Positions 9,202 to 18,709 of a stretch of 51,211 bases of DNA are shown piece by piece. The notes under the pieces were generated by a model that was not told where the DNA came from, made no database searches, and saw nothing but the letters and a program-made list of their open reading frames with translations. This stretch comes from a virus (taxonomy: Duplodnaviria; Caudoviricetes), in the IMG/VR virus record IMGVR_UViG_3300020043_004509, positions 1 to 51,211 of that record; one strand, written 5' to 3'. The position numbers and the translations under genes are program-made. Each line of letters begins with the position of its first letter. Position 1 is the stretch's first letter.

Positions 9202-11226
9202 ATGTCTCAGTTATTTAACACAAATAATCCCGGTATAGGCGATACTGGAGGAGTCACACTTGAGGAAGGTTTGATACTCTCAAATCTTGCTTCTTTGACA
9301 TACTCACCTGGGGATATTCTCTATATCAATAGTTCTAGTGAGTTTCAGAATCTTGCAGTAAGTACCAATGGATATGTACTTACACTTGTAGGTGGTTTCC
9401 CTGTGTGGGCAGCGGCCTCTGGTGGAAGTGGTGGACACGTGATTGAGGATGAAGGCACCCCGCTTACACAAAGGGCAAACATGAACTTTGTAGGGTCTGG
9501 AGTGACAGTAACTGATGCAGGTGGCAAAACTGTTGTTACGATTCCAGGTGGTGGCGGAGGAGCAGTGGACTCGGTTAATGGTGAAACTGGCACTGTTATC
9601 TTAACGACTGATGACATTAGTGATGCTGCTCAAACAAACAAATGGGCAACAGCTGCTGAAAAGACTAAGCTTGGATTCATCTCAGTTACTCAAGCGGTAG
9701 ACCTTGATGCTCTTGAAACCGCTAGTCATGTCGCTGTAACCGTCACCGACAGTGCTGAAATTAACTTCACACTCACTGGGCAGGATATAACTGCGAACAT
9801 TATCGCAGGCTCTATTGACGAAACTAAGCTAGACGCGAGTACCAATGCTTCACTCGACCTTGCAGATAGTGCGGTGCAGCCAGCAGCACTTTCTGCTTAC
9901 GAACTGCTCTCAAATAAAGCTACTGACTTTTCAACCGTCAACGACACTAAATATCCAACTGTTGAAGCGGTACAAGAATACGTAACAAGCGCTGTCATAG
10001 GTCTCCTTGACTATCGTGGTACATATGACGCATCGACTAACTTATACCCCGCTACTGGCGGCTCAGGACTTGCAGGTGCTATTCTAAAAGGAGACTTCTA
10101 TATCGTATCAGTCGCAGGAACACTTGGCGGTACGGCTGTAACTGCTGGTGACTTAGTAATCGCACTTGTTGATACTCCGGCGCAGACAAGTTCTAACTGG
10201 GATATTGTTTCAAACGAGCTTGGCTACACCCCAGAAAATGCCGCCAATAAAGTGACTTCTGTTTCAGGTGCTTCTACAGATACTCAGTATCCGTCTGCTA
10301 AGTTGGTGTACGACCAACTTCTTCTAAAGGCGGCTGCCCTTGGTGGGGATGACAACTATGTTACTGATGCTGAGAAAGCAGCTCTCCATGCAGCCGTCAC
10401 AGTCACCGATAGTTCAGAAATAAACTTTACCATCACCGGACAAGACATCACCGCAAGCATCATTGCAGGGAGTATTGACGAGGCTAAGCTTGATGTAAGC
10501 ACAAACGCCTCTCTTGACCTAGCTGATAGTGCAGTACAACCGAATGATGATGTGACGCTCGGTGACTTAACGGTGGATTCTCTCACAACTTTTGTAAACA
10601 ACTTGCGATACACCGACAACGGTGTCGGTCGTGGTGACTTGGGCTTTTCTACTTTCAATAACGGCACTGACCCGTGGGGTGGTGCGTTGGAATTTTACAA
10701 CTCTGCTAGTGCCAGCAATAAAGGGTACATCACCCTTTTCATAGGTAATGCAACCAACAATGCCTTGCTTCGAATTGTGGCTCACGACGGTGACAACCTT
10801 TATGACCAACTGCCTTTGACACTGACTCAAACTGGTGTCTTGACGGTATCTGACAGTGTTGTTGTACCCGATGAAGCGTATGACGCGACTACTTGGAACG
10901 GTTCACTTGAAGTGCCAACTAAAAATGCAATTCGAGACAAAATCGAAACTATGGGTGGCGGAGTATCTGATGGTGATAAGGGCGACATAACTGTTACGGC
11001 ATCAGGTGCCACATGGACAATCGACAACAATGCAGTGACCTTTGCCAAGATGCAAGCTATAACAGATGGCCGACTTCTTGGAGCATCTGGTGGTACAGCA
11101 GTCGAAGAAATCACAATTGGTTCAGGCCTTTCTTTGGCGGCAAATACACTCTCAGCTACAGGGGGTGGAGGTGGTCTTACTCAAGGCCAGGCTGTAGCAA
11201 TCTTTACTGGTTACGCAATGGTATAA
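9202..11226 (+). CDS. Tail/head fibre protein with internal 52-aa duplication
   Basis: Fibre motifs 'AVDSVNGETGTV', 'YRGTYDAS', 'GDKGDIT'; repeat 9727-9882 vs 10387-10542. Confidence 0.75.
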   Translation: MSQLFNTNNPGIGDTGGVTLEEGLILSNLASLTYSPGDILYINSSSEFQNLAVSTNGYVLTLVGGFPVWAAASGGSGGHVIEDEGTPLTQRANMNFVGSGVTVTDAGGKTVVTIPGGGGGAVDSVNGETGTVILTTDDISDAAQTNKWATAAEKTKLGFISVTQAVDLDALETASHVAVTVTDSAEINFTLTGQDITANIIAGSIDETKLDASTNASLDLADSAVQPAALSAYELLSNKATDFSTVNDTKYPTVEAVQEYVTSAVIGLLDYRGTYDASTNLYPATGGSGLAGAILKGDFYIVSVAGTLGGTAVTAGDLVIALVDTPAQTSSNWDIVSNELGYTPENAANKVTSVSGASTDTQYPSAKLVYDQLLLKAAALGGDDNYVTDAEKAALHAAVTVTDSSEINFTITGQDITASIIAGSIDEAKLDVSTNASLDLADSAVQPNDDVTLGDLTVDSLTTFVNNLRYTDNGVGRGDLGFSTFNNGTDPWGGALEFYNSASASNKGYITLFIGNATNNALLRIVAHDGDNLYDQLPLTLTQTGVLTVSDSVVVPDEAYDATTWNGSLEVPTKNAIRDKIETMGGGVSDGDKGDITVTASGATWTIDNNAVTFAKMQAITDGRLLGASGGTAVEEITIGSGLSLAANTLSATGGGGGLTQGQAVAIFTGYAMV

Positions 11227-11238
11227 TAATAAAATAAT

Positions 11239-11676
11239 ATGGCAGCAAATACAGCACCAATCTACTCAATCACAGGCGACCAGTCTGTGAACGACGGCAC
11301 AACAATGCCATCGACATTCACAACAGCAGCGGCTGACTATACTGGAGCAACAGCAACGCATAACAAGCTTGTGTTCACAGCTGATGCTACTAATGGTGGG
11401 TTCTTACAAAGACTTCGGTTTAAAGCAATAGGAACTAACACGGCCTCTGTCGCTCGTGTCTTTATCAATAATGGTTCAGCCAACACAACCGCTGCGAACA
11501 ACAGTTTCTACGGTGAGATTTCACTCCCCGCTACAACAGCCTCAGCCGTAGCAGCAACGGTAGAAATCGACTACCCAATGAACTTTGCTTTAAAAGCAGG
11601 GTTCACAATCTATGTTGGACTAGGAACAACAGTGGCAGCAGGTTGGGTTTGTACAGCAATAGGAGGGCAATACTAA
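11239..11676 (+). CDS. Fibre-associated structural protein
   Basis: 145 aa A/T-rich, follows fibre gene. Confidence 0.6.
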   Translation: MAANTAPIYSITGDQSVNDGTTMPSTFTTAAADYTGATATHNKLVFTADATNGGFLQRLRFKAIGTNTASVARVFINNGSANTTAANNSFYGEISLPATTASAVAATVEIDYPMNFALKAGFTIYVGLGTTVAAGWVCTAIGGQY

Positions 11677-11679
11677 ACT

Positions 11680-12603
11680 ATGCTAGACTTTCAACATTTA
11701 CCAACTAGTACAGGAGCCTCTGACGTACAGATATTCAACAGACCATCTACTGTAACTAATACCCAATGGCAGACATACCAAAAGCCTCGCGGCAAAACCA
11801 TGTTGCAGATTTTGTGTGTAGGTGGAGGTGGAGGTGGGGGAGGGGGTTTCACACGCGCGGCAGCTGCTGCGGGAGGCGGTGGAGGTTCGGGTGGTTCTAG
11901 CGCGGTTACACGCGTCATTATCCCCTTCTACTTCCTCCCAGATGTACTCTATATCCAAGTCGGAGCTGGAGGACAGGGTGTAGCATCAGGAGGTGGTGTA
12001 GCTGGCTCAGGCGTACTTTCTTATGTAGCTATAGCTCCTAATACTACAGCTACAAATATCCTCGCGGTATCCGGTAACGCTGCAGCAGTTGGAGGCGGTA
12101 CGGGAACAGGAGCAGCTGTCGGTGCCGCTGGTACAGCTGGAACAATTGCAACGATTGCAAACATGCCTCTCGCTGGACTTGGAAATTACCAAATGATTGC
12201 TGGTCAGATTGGTGTAGCTGGAGGTGCGGTTGCTGGGGCTAACGGTACAGCCATAACCATCCCCACAACCTCAGTACTTACTCAGGCTGGTTCAAGTGGT
12301 GCAGGGACAACCTCAGCAGACTTCGCTGGTGGTGCATTTACTGCGGTCACAAGTTCTTGGCTATCAGAACAGCGACCATCTACCCCAGCAGCAGGAACAA
12401 CAGGACATGGTTCTAGTGGTGTTGCTCTATACAAACCATTCTTCTCTTTCGGTGGGGGAGGTGGTTCTTCGTCCAATGCGGCAGCAGGAGCCAACGGAGG
12501 TAACGGCGTAAATGGTTCTGGAGGTGGTGGTGGTGGAGCAGGCACCACAGGAGGTCGAGGTGGAAATGGAGGAGGTGGAATCGTAATAATGACTGCCTGG
12601 TAA
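11680..12603 (+). CDS. Glycine-rich adhesin-like protein, paralogue 1
   Basis: Poly-Gly tracts, 'YIQVGAGGQG', C-terminal 'GGGGIVIMTAW'. Confidence 0.75.
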   Translation: MLDFQHLPTSTGASDVQIFNRPSTVTNTQWQTYQKPRGKTMLQILCVGGGGGGGGGFTRAAAAAGGGGGSGGSSAVTRVIIPFYFLPDVLYIQVGAGGQGVASGGGVAGSGVLSYVAIAPNTTATNILAVSGNAAAVGGGTGTGAAVGAAGTAGTIATIANMPLAGLGNYQMIAGQIGVAGGAVAGANGTAITIPTTSVLTQAGSSGAGTTSADFAGGAFTAVTSSWLSEQRPSTPAAGTTGHGSSGVALYKPFFSFGGGGGSSSNAAAGANGGNGVNGSGGGGGGAGTTGGRGGNGGGGIVIMTAW

Positions 12604-12604
12604 T

Positions 12605-13534
12605 ATGTTTCCTTTTCATTTACCGACAGGTTTAGGTAAAGCTGATATCCAGATTTTTACTCAAACAGGACCAGCGGATAACACTCAGTGGAAAACTTAT
12701 ACTATACCCAAAAATAAAAGTATGGTATATGCCTATGTTATCGGAGGTGGTGGTGGTTCGGCAGGTGGCTACTCAGCCACCGCTGGCTCCGCGCGAGGTG
12801 GTGGTGGTGGGGGGGGGTCATCAAGCATTACTACTGTGCTTATTCCAATATCAGTTTTGCCGGATGTGCTTTATATTCAAATAGGTGCAGGAGGTCGAGG
12901 TGGAAATGGAGGTGGAGGTGGGGGTTCTGGACCAGGTGCGGCAGGTAACTTATCTTATGTCGCCATAGCTCCCAACACGACAGCAACTAATGTAGTAGCT
13001 GTCTCAGGAACAGCCGCAGGTGGAGCTGGTGGGCAAGCCACCGGAGCCGCAGGTGGAGCTGGTGGAGCTGGTGGTACTGTTGCTTCATTATCTATAATGC
13101 CATTAGGAGGATGTGGGATTTGTAATTTTATCGCCGGTCAAGCAGGAACAGCAGGTGGCGCACATACAGGAGCCAATGGTGGTACACAAACTATTCCCGT
13201 AACGGGAATAAATGTAATGGGTGGAACTGGTGGGGGTGGTACAACGTCAGCAGATTTTGCTGGTGGTTTAATTACAGGAGTATCTGCTTCTTTTATCTCG
13301 CAGGGGCGTTCTGAGAACGCCCCTGCTGGTAGTAACAGCGGGGCAGGAGGTTTTTCCCTCCCAAACTATTTATTCCATTATCCGGGTATGGGTGGCGGCT
13401 CCTCAAATGCCGGAGTCGGTGGTAACGGTGGTAATGGTGGCTATGGAAGTGGTGGGGGAGGTGGTGGGGGAGGTACTGCAGGAGGACGTGGGGGAGACGG
13501 GGGTAGTGGTTTAGTAGTGATGATAGCTTGGTAA
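12605..13534 (+). CDS. Glycine-rich adhesin-like protein, paralogue 2
   Basis: Colinear with paralogue 1 ('LPDVLYIQ', 'SYVAIAPNTTATN', 'TTSADFAGG'). Confidence 0.75.
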   Translation: MFPFHLPTGLGKADIQIFTQTGPADNTQWKTYTIPKNKSMVYAYVIGGGGGSAGGYSATAGSARGGGGGGGSSSITTVLIPISVLPDVLYIQIGAGGRGGNGGGGGGSGPGAAGNLSYVAIAPNTTATNVVAVSGTAAGGAGGQATGAAGGAGGAGGTVASLSIMPLGGCGICNFIAGQAGTAGGAHTGANGGTQTIPVTGINVMGGTGGGGTTSADFAGGLITGVSASFISQGRSENAPAGSNSGAGGFSLPNYLFHYPGMGGGSSNAGVGGNGGNGGYGSGGGGGGGGTAGGRGGDGGSGLVVMIAW

Positions 13535-13575
13535 TATAATTATATCAGCTGATACTTTACAATTAATAAACAAAT

Positions 13576-13821
13576 ATGGCCGTGGATAACGAATTACAAG
13601 CATTACTACGTGAAATGCACTCAACTATAAATGTTCTTGATGAGAGAACACGCTCTATCTTAGTACAGACTGAGAAGACTAATGGTAAGGTTCTGAGACT
13701 TGAGGATAAGGTTGATAAGGTAGAGAAGGTACAGGATGGGCTAGTGGTTAAGGTGGGCGCATTCGTCACCTTTGCTGCTGTGTTTGTCTCTATAGCAGTT
13801 AAGAAAGTATTTAATATATGA
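13576..13821 (+). CDS. Holin-like/XhlA-like membrane protein
   Basis: Coiled coil plus single C-terminal TM helix. Confidence 0.55.
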   Translation: MAVDNELQALLREMHSTINVLDERTRSILVQTEKTNGKVLRLEDKVDKVEKVQDGLVVKVGAFVTFAAVFVSIAVKKVFNI

Positions 13822-14000
13822 TTTCAGAACAACTAAAGAAGCGCCTTAAGTCTTTTGCTTGGCGACTTGGGATGGCGACACTTGTATTTTCCCTTGAGTA
13901 TATCTCTGTTAATGCAGGTATGCTTGACCTTCCTATCTGGCTCACAGGCGTTATTGCTCTTGCTGCTGGTGAAGTGTCTAAGTACCTAAACAGTAAATGA
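13818..14000 (+). CDS. Putative holin (2 TM)
   Basis: 60 aa, basic N-terminus, two hydrophobic segments, ATGA overlap. Confidence 0.6.
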   Translation: MISEQLKKRLKSFAWRLGMATLVFSLEYISVNAGMLDLPIWLTGVIALAAGEVSKYLNSK

Positions 14001-14031
14001 CGGATGTAGATTAGTGTGGTATAATGTTGTT

Positions 14032-14778
14032 ATGGACAATTCTCAGATACTTAAACAACTAGAAGAATTAAAGCAGCAGGTAGATATACTGAAAAAAGAT
14101 TTTGCCACAGAAAAATTTTTACCCTATGAAGAGTTAAAAAGAGATTACTCTATTAAATTAGATACTGCAAAGTATTTTTCATCTGGTAATGCTGCATTTG
14201 GAGGATATGCAAGTAAGACAGCAATCAATGATATCAGTTCAAGTGAGCAGGCTGTTATTTTCATAGGCAAAGACAGGGAGCTTGGTCGTGCTGGTATAGA
14301 TAATACACAGATGACACTACTTAGAGATAATGTAAACAATCAAGCTTACATGCTATCTATGTCAGGTATTATATTAAATGCCATTGATGGAATTGGTAAA
14401 GCTGGTTCAACTACTATTCATTCTAATAGTGCCAAGGCTTTGCAAGCAGAAAATCTCACCAATCATCTAATAACATTTAGATGTGACAATGGTTTATACT
14501 ATGGTTCTTATATAGTATCAAATGAAGGGAATCATCTTACCTTAGCCAGTGCATTGCCGGATGATATGTCAGAAAAAGATTTTTTAATATATACTCCTGT
14601 ATTTTTAGGCAGTCCATTAGTGCCATGGGAAAGACTATATGTTACATCTGGAACTGCTGGTGGAGTTAGATTTGGTGAGGGCACAACGACGGGTGGACAA
14701 AATGGACTCTTGTATATGAACTCTTCTGGTAATTTATTCTGGAGAACTCCAGCAGGGGCATCAACACAATTAAACTAA
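14032..14778 (+). CDS. Tail-associated protein (start re-called at ATG 14032)
   Basis: Own extended -10 TGTGGTATAAT at 14015-14025; AT-richer than neighbours; fibre-like C-terminus. Confidence 0.6.
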   Translation: MDNSQILKQLEELKQQVDILKKDFATEKFLPYEELKRDYSIKLDTAKYFSSGNAAFGGYASKTAINDISSSEQAVIFIGKDRELGRAGIDNTQMTLLRDNVNNQAYMLSMSGIILNAIDGIGKAGSTTIHSNSAKALQAENLTNHLITFRCDNGLYYGSYIVSNEGNHLTLASALPDDMSEKDFLIYTPVFLGSPLVPWERLYVTSGTAGGVRFGEGTTTGGQNGLLYMNSSGNLFWRTPAGASTQLN

Positions 14779-14779
14779 T

Positions 14780-16795
14780 ATGGCATCACTAATTATAGAC
14801 CTATCAGGAATGGGCGGCTTGGTTGAAAGACACCAGGGCGACCTTACTGATACCACTGCTACTCCTAATGCCCGGTATTTTGGAGGCGATACTAAGTATG
14901 CTGATGGTGTATTTGACCCCATGAAGAAACTTGGGTTCCTTTCTCCTGCAAATGCAAAGTTTGCATCCCTTGAAGATGGAGACTCGGTAACTAGTTATAT
15001 ATCTGCATTTGCGTATGATGATGAAACAGGTCTTGTTTTCATTGCAGAAGAAAGTAATTTAATAAATTATCTAACTGAATTTAATTCAGCAATATATAAT
15101 TACATTACACTAACAAGTGGTTATTCTGTCAAAGATATGGTTATGTACGAGGTAAATAACCAGAAGTCTATTGTTTACGCAGTAGATACCAATCTCAATC
15201 TTATAGAAGCTCCAGGTAATACAGGTTCAAATGCCGGTGGTATGTACGTTGGATTTAAGACTCTTGAAACAACAGAAGGTGCAACAGTGCTTGAGAAGGA
15301 CATCAAGAGTGCCTACCCATCAACAAATCTGACTGATATTGTCATTACTGACGCGACATCTTTGACATTTCCTAATCATAGAAAACTCGCACAAGAGTTT
15401 GATGGAGGTGATGTTTACGGAGGCGCTGTGTCTGGAGCATATATCTCAATCCGTAGAGAAGAAGGTACTGGTCTTGGTATAACAATGAAGGTATCTATAC
15501 AGACACCCGCTACAGCTTCTACCGGAGCTTTTACTAGTAGAGGTGCCTGGAGTAATGCAGTAACAGATTATGCTGTTAATGACACAGTAACTAATGCCAG
15601 TGTAACCTACCAGTGTATTCAAGCCCATAGTGCTGCCGCTACAGCAAGTGATGAACCTGGCGTAGGCTCTGCATGGGAGGACTACTGGAATGTATTTGGT
15701 GCTCCAAGTGGAACTATTCTTGCATCAGGAACATTTTCACTTTCAGATGTGCCCGTACTGGCCACAAATGGTGAAGCTAGATTCCCTGTAGAGTTTGATA
15801 CGCCTGTTACTGGATTAGGACAGGGTAACTACTGGCTTGTTATAGAAGAAGAAGGTTCTAATATGACTCCAACTGACAAGCTCGGCGTACTCTGCACAAG
15901 TAACTTAACTGGCATTTACGACGGGTACAAGTTTAAGGGATTTAAAGATACAACTACTGACTACTGGCGTGATGCTATTGACTTCAATGGTACAGGAGAC
16001 CTCGATACGATGGACTTCCGACTTGTAATAAATCAAGATAATAATTGGACAGCAAACACAGGAACTACTGTTAACTCACTTATTTTTGGTTCTGTTGGTG
16101 AAGAAACTGGGCAAAATACATTCTTGCTTACTGCTGAGAATGGACTGCTCTACTGGTTTGTAGGCAATAAAGTACATGCAATAAATGGTTCTATCACTGG
16201 TGGCGGAACTGGCACACTCACTGAAAACGTACTTGTATTTCCATCGTACCTATCTGTGTTTGGAGCATCAGAGACACGTTCTCGTATGTTTATTGCTATT
16301 CAATCAGCTGATTTAAATAGCCCGTCAACACGAAACTTTGTATCTGATAATATAGGAGTATTCACCTGGGATAGGCGTTCTCAGGTTCTAACCGCTTCAG
16401 ATTTCTATCGTGCGCCAGGAGCTAAGGAGATGAAGGGTATATTTACTTCTTCAACAGGAGATGTACTTGTTATAACAATTGGTAACGAAGGTTTCTCTGA
16501 GATTCGCGGCATATCTGGAAATCAATATGCAGTCATTCAAACATTTGAAGCTGACGGGTATCCATCCACACGACGTTCTATTACACAGATTGGAGATATG
16601 ACTGTATGGGTAGGACGTAACGGAATCATCTATGCCTATGGTCAACTGGCTCGTGGAGAGAGTATGGCACTATACAAGATTGGAGATGCTGCATCTGTAC
16701 TGGGTAACAACATCAGACCTGGTGCTATATTTGCCGGTAACGATGAAGTGACGCGACGAATAGGATTATTAATAGGGGCAAGTTTTACACAATAA
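14780..16795 (+). CDS. Tail nozzle/tube-like protein with inserted carbohydrate-binding module
   Basis: Beta-rich 671 aa; CBM5/12-like 'AW...YAVNDTVT..YQC..AH..PG..W' at 15539-15688. Confidence 0.55.
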   Translation: MASLIIDLSGMGGLVERHQGDLTDTTATPNARYFGGDTKYADGVFDPMKKLGFLSPANAKFASLEDGDSVTSYISAFAYDDETGLVFIAEESNLINYLTEFNSAIYNYITLTSGYSVKDMVMYEVNNQKSIVYAVDTNLNLIEAPGNTGSNAGGMYVGFKTLETTEGATVLEKDIKSAYPSTNLTDIVITDATSLTFPNHRKLAQEFDGGDVYGGAVSGAYISIRREEGTGLGITMKVSIQTPATASTGAFTSRGAWSNAVTDYAVNDTVTNASVTYQCIQAHSAAATASDEPGVGSAWEDYWNVFGAPSGTILASGTFSLSDVPVLATNGEARFPVEFDTPVTGLGQGNYWLVIEEEGSNMTPTDKLGVLCTSNLTGIYDGYKFKGFKDTTTDYWRDAIDFNGTGDLDTMDFRLVINQDNNWTANTGTTVNSLIFGSVGEETGQNTFLLTAENGLLYWFVGNKVHAINGSITGGGTGTLTENVLVFPSYLSVFGASETRSRMFIAIQSADLNSPSTRNFVSDNIGVFTWDRRSQVLTASDFYRAPGAKEMKGIFTSSTGDVLVITIGNEGFSEIRGISGNQYAVIQTFEADGYPSTRRSITQIGDMTVWVGRNGIIYAYGQLARGESMALYKIGDAASVLGNNIRPGAIFAGNDEVTRRIGLLIGASFTQ

Positions 16796-16796
16796 T

Positions 16797-17225
16797 ATGA
16801 CGACATTATATCTAAAGGGTCTTGAGGTAGCATTTGATGCGCTAATGCAGGAAGCCGCAGCACCTGCTGGCACAGTTAAACTATCGTACATGCAGCCAGC
16901 GTACACGCCTAACCTGACAACAGATAACTTCTATTCAGATGTATCTGCCTCTGTAGCATCTGGTGCTCCAGTAGAGACACTAGCAAACATTGATGTTCGC
17001 AGGGACACCGCAAATGTCCGTATTGAGGTGGACGCTGATGACGTTACTGAGACAGGAGTAACTACAAGTACAAATAAGTATATCATTTGGCTTGATACTG
17101 GAGTCGCTGCAACATCACCTCTTATTGCCTGTGTGGATATAGTTGAGGGGACGTTAGCTCCTACTGGAGGAATACTTGGAATTGTATTCAATGCAGAAGG
17201 TATATTCGGAGTAAATCCTACATAA
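16797..17225 (+). CDS. Tail-associated protein
   Basis: 142 aa; 'DTGVAATSPLIACVD' resembles common phage minor tail proteins. Confidence 0.6.
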   Translation: MTTLYLKGLEVAFDALMQEAAAPAGTVKLSYMQPAYTPNLTTDNFYSDVSASVASGAPVETLANIDVRRDTANVRIEVDADDVTETGVTTSTNKYIIWLDTGVAATSPLIACVDIVEGTLAPTGGILGIVFNAEGIFGVNPT

Positions 17226-17226
17226 T

Positions 17227-18675
17227 ATGGCTATAGTAGTTGAATCAGTATCGACAGATAACCTCGCCGCCGGAGACACAACAGTGATAACAAAACCTAC
17301 AGGACTTGCTGTTGGAGATTTGATGGTGGCAATGCTAGGTGGTCATAGTGCAGGCTCAGGTCTTTCCTTTGCTACCTTGTCAGGCTGGACACTTGGCTCT
17401 AACCTACAAGACCTTGTTGGCGGTGGATTTACATACTCATCTATACAGTATAAAGTTGCTACATCTGGAGATGTTGCCGCATCAGACTTTACATTTACAG
17501 GAGCATCTATGGATGAGACTGGTGGTACAATGCTTAGAGTGTCAGGAATACGAACTGATGACTGGTTTGATGTGTCACTAACTGGACAAGTAGACAACAC
17601 CGCTAATCCTTCTTTCTCATTATCACATACACCTGCTCAAAATAATGTCCTTTACGCATTTGTAGTAATGTGTGGAGATGGAAACAATGCAAGTTCACCA
17701 GTAATTAATGGAACAAATCCTACATGGACTAGACATCAAGCAAGTAGTCGGACAGCATCCCTAAGTACATTTAGCTCTGTGCAACTTACTACTGTTCCGT
17801 TAACGTCAATATCTGTAACTGGCGGTACTGGTAGCTCTGACTGGGGTTATGGTCTTTCTATATTTCAAGGAATTACTAATGCAACAGGTTCATCAGCATT
17901 TTCTACAGGCAGCGCTGAGTTCTTTGCTCCAGAGGCACAATACTTTGATGTAACAACTAATCCGGTTACAAATACAGAACTTATTGCTGTTGGAAATGGA
18001 ACGCTTGACGTTGGCGCTTCAGTGACTGTTACAGAGGAAGGATTTGTATTTTCATCTACGTCACAAGCCACTAATCCTGGTAATACCTCCCCTGGTGCTA
18101 CTACTTACACAGACTCAGTATCTACAGTAGGCTCATTCACTGACGGTGACTTTCTCCAAACACTAGATGGATACGCAGAAAATGATACGATATACGTTCG
18201 TGCATTTGCATATGGAAATACTACATATCAGTACGGTGATGAGGTATCATTTACATCAGTTAATCTTCCTAGATTATACAGATGGTATCCTCATGGTGAA
18301 GGAACTATTAACACAGTGGCACAGACTGGTAATCAGGGCAATGTATACTCACTTGTCAAGATTCTACCCGAAATGGCTACGGTGAAGCATATAGACATAC
18401 GTTGTCTACCTACGGCATCTACAGGTGCTACCGTGATTGGTACTGTTAAGTATTATTTCAATCACTCAACAACTCCTGCTATCACGAAGTCAGTCACTCT
18501 CAATGACGCTAAGAAAGGGTACGACAGGCACGAGATAAACATGCCATATGTCAATGCAGTCCAGATTGAGATTGAGTTTAATACAACACAGACACTGGGC
18601 GCAGATGACTTCCATCCGTACACAGCAGTAGTTCATTACGAGCCAACCAACACAGCATCTAAGGATGGCGGCTAG
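17227..18675 (+). CDS. Multi-domain tail protein (lectin-like N-term, FN3-like middle)
   Basis: 'TKPTGLAVGDLMVA' N-domain; 'IYVRAFAY...YGDEVSFT' FN3-like. Confidence 0.6.
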   Translation: MAIVVESVSTDNLAAGDTTVITKPTGLAVGDLMVAMLGGHSAGSGLSFATLSGWTLGSNLQDLVGGGFTYSSIQYKVATSGDVAASDFTFTGASMDETGGTMLRVSGIRTDDWFDVSLTGQVDNTANPSFSLSHTPAQNNVLYAFVVMCGDGNNASSPVINGTNPTWTRHQASSRTASLSTFSSVQLTTVPLTSISVTGGTGSSDWGYGLSIFQGITNATGSSAFSTGSAEFFAPEAQYFDVTTNPVTNTELIAVGNGTLDVGASVTVTEEGFVFSSTSQATNPGNTSPGATTYTDSVSTVGSFTDGDFLQTLDGYAENDTIYVRAFAYGNTTYQYGDEVSFTSVNLPRLYRWYPHGEGTINTVAQTGNQGNVYSLVKILPEMATVKHIDIRCLPTASTGATVIGTVKYYFNHSTTPAITKSVTLNDAKKGYDRHEINMPYVNAVQIEIEFNTTQTLGADDFHPYTAVVHYEPTNTASKDGG

Positions 18676-18701
18676 ACCGTCAACCTTTTTTGTGTTATAA
18701 T
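18673..18701 (+). promoter_or_regulatory. Sigma70 promoter for adaptor/ejection genes
   Basis: TAGACC-17-TATAAT with TGTG; ATG 8 nt downstream. Confidence 0.7.
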
Positions 18702-18709
18702 ATTTTGAA

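Noticed and set aside
9727-13534. Diversity-generating retroelement TR/VR pair
   Set aside because: No reverse transcriptase; repeat differences are not adenine-specific.
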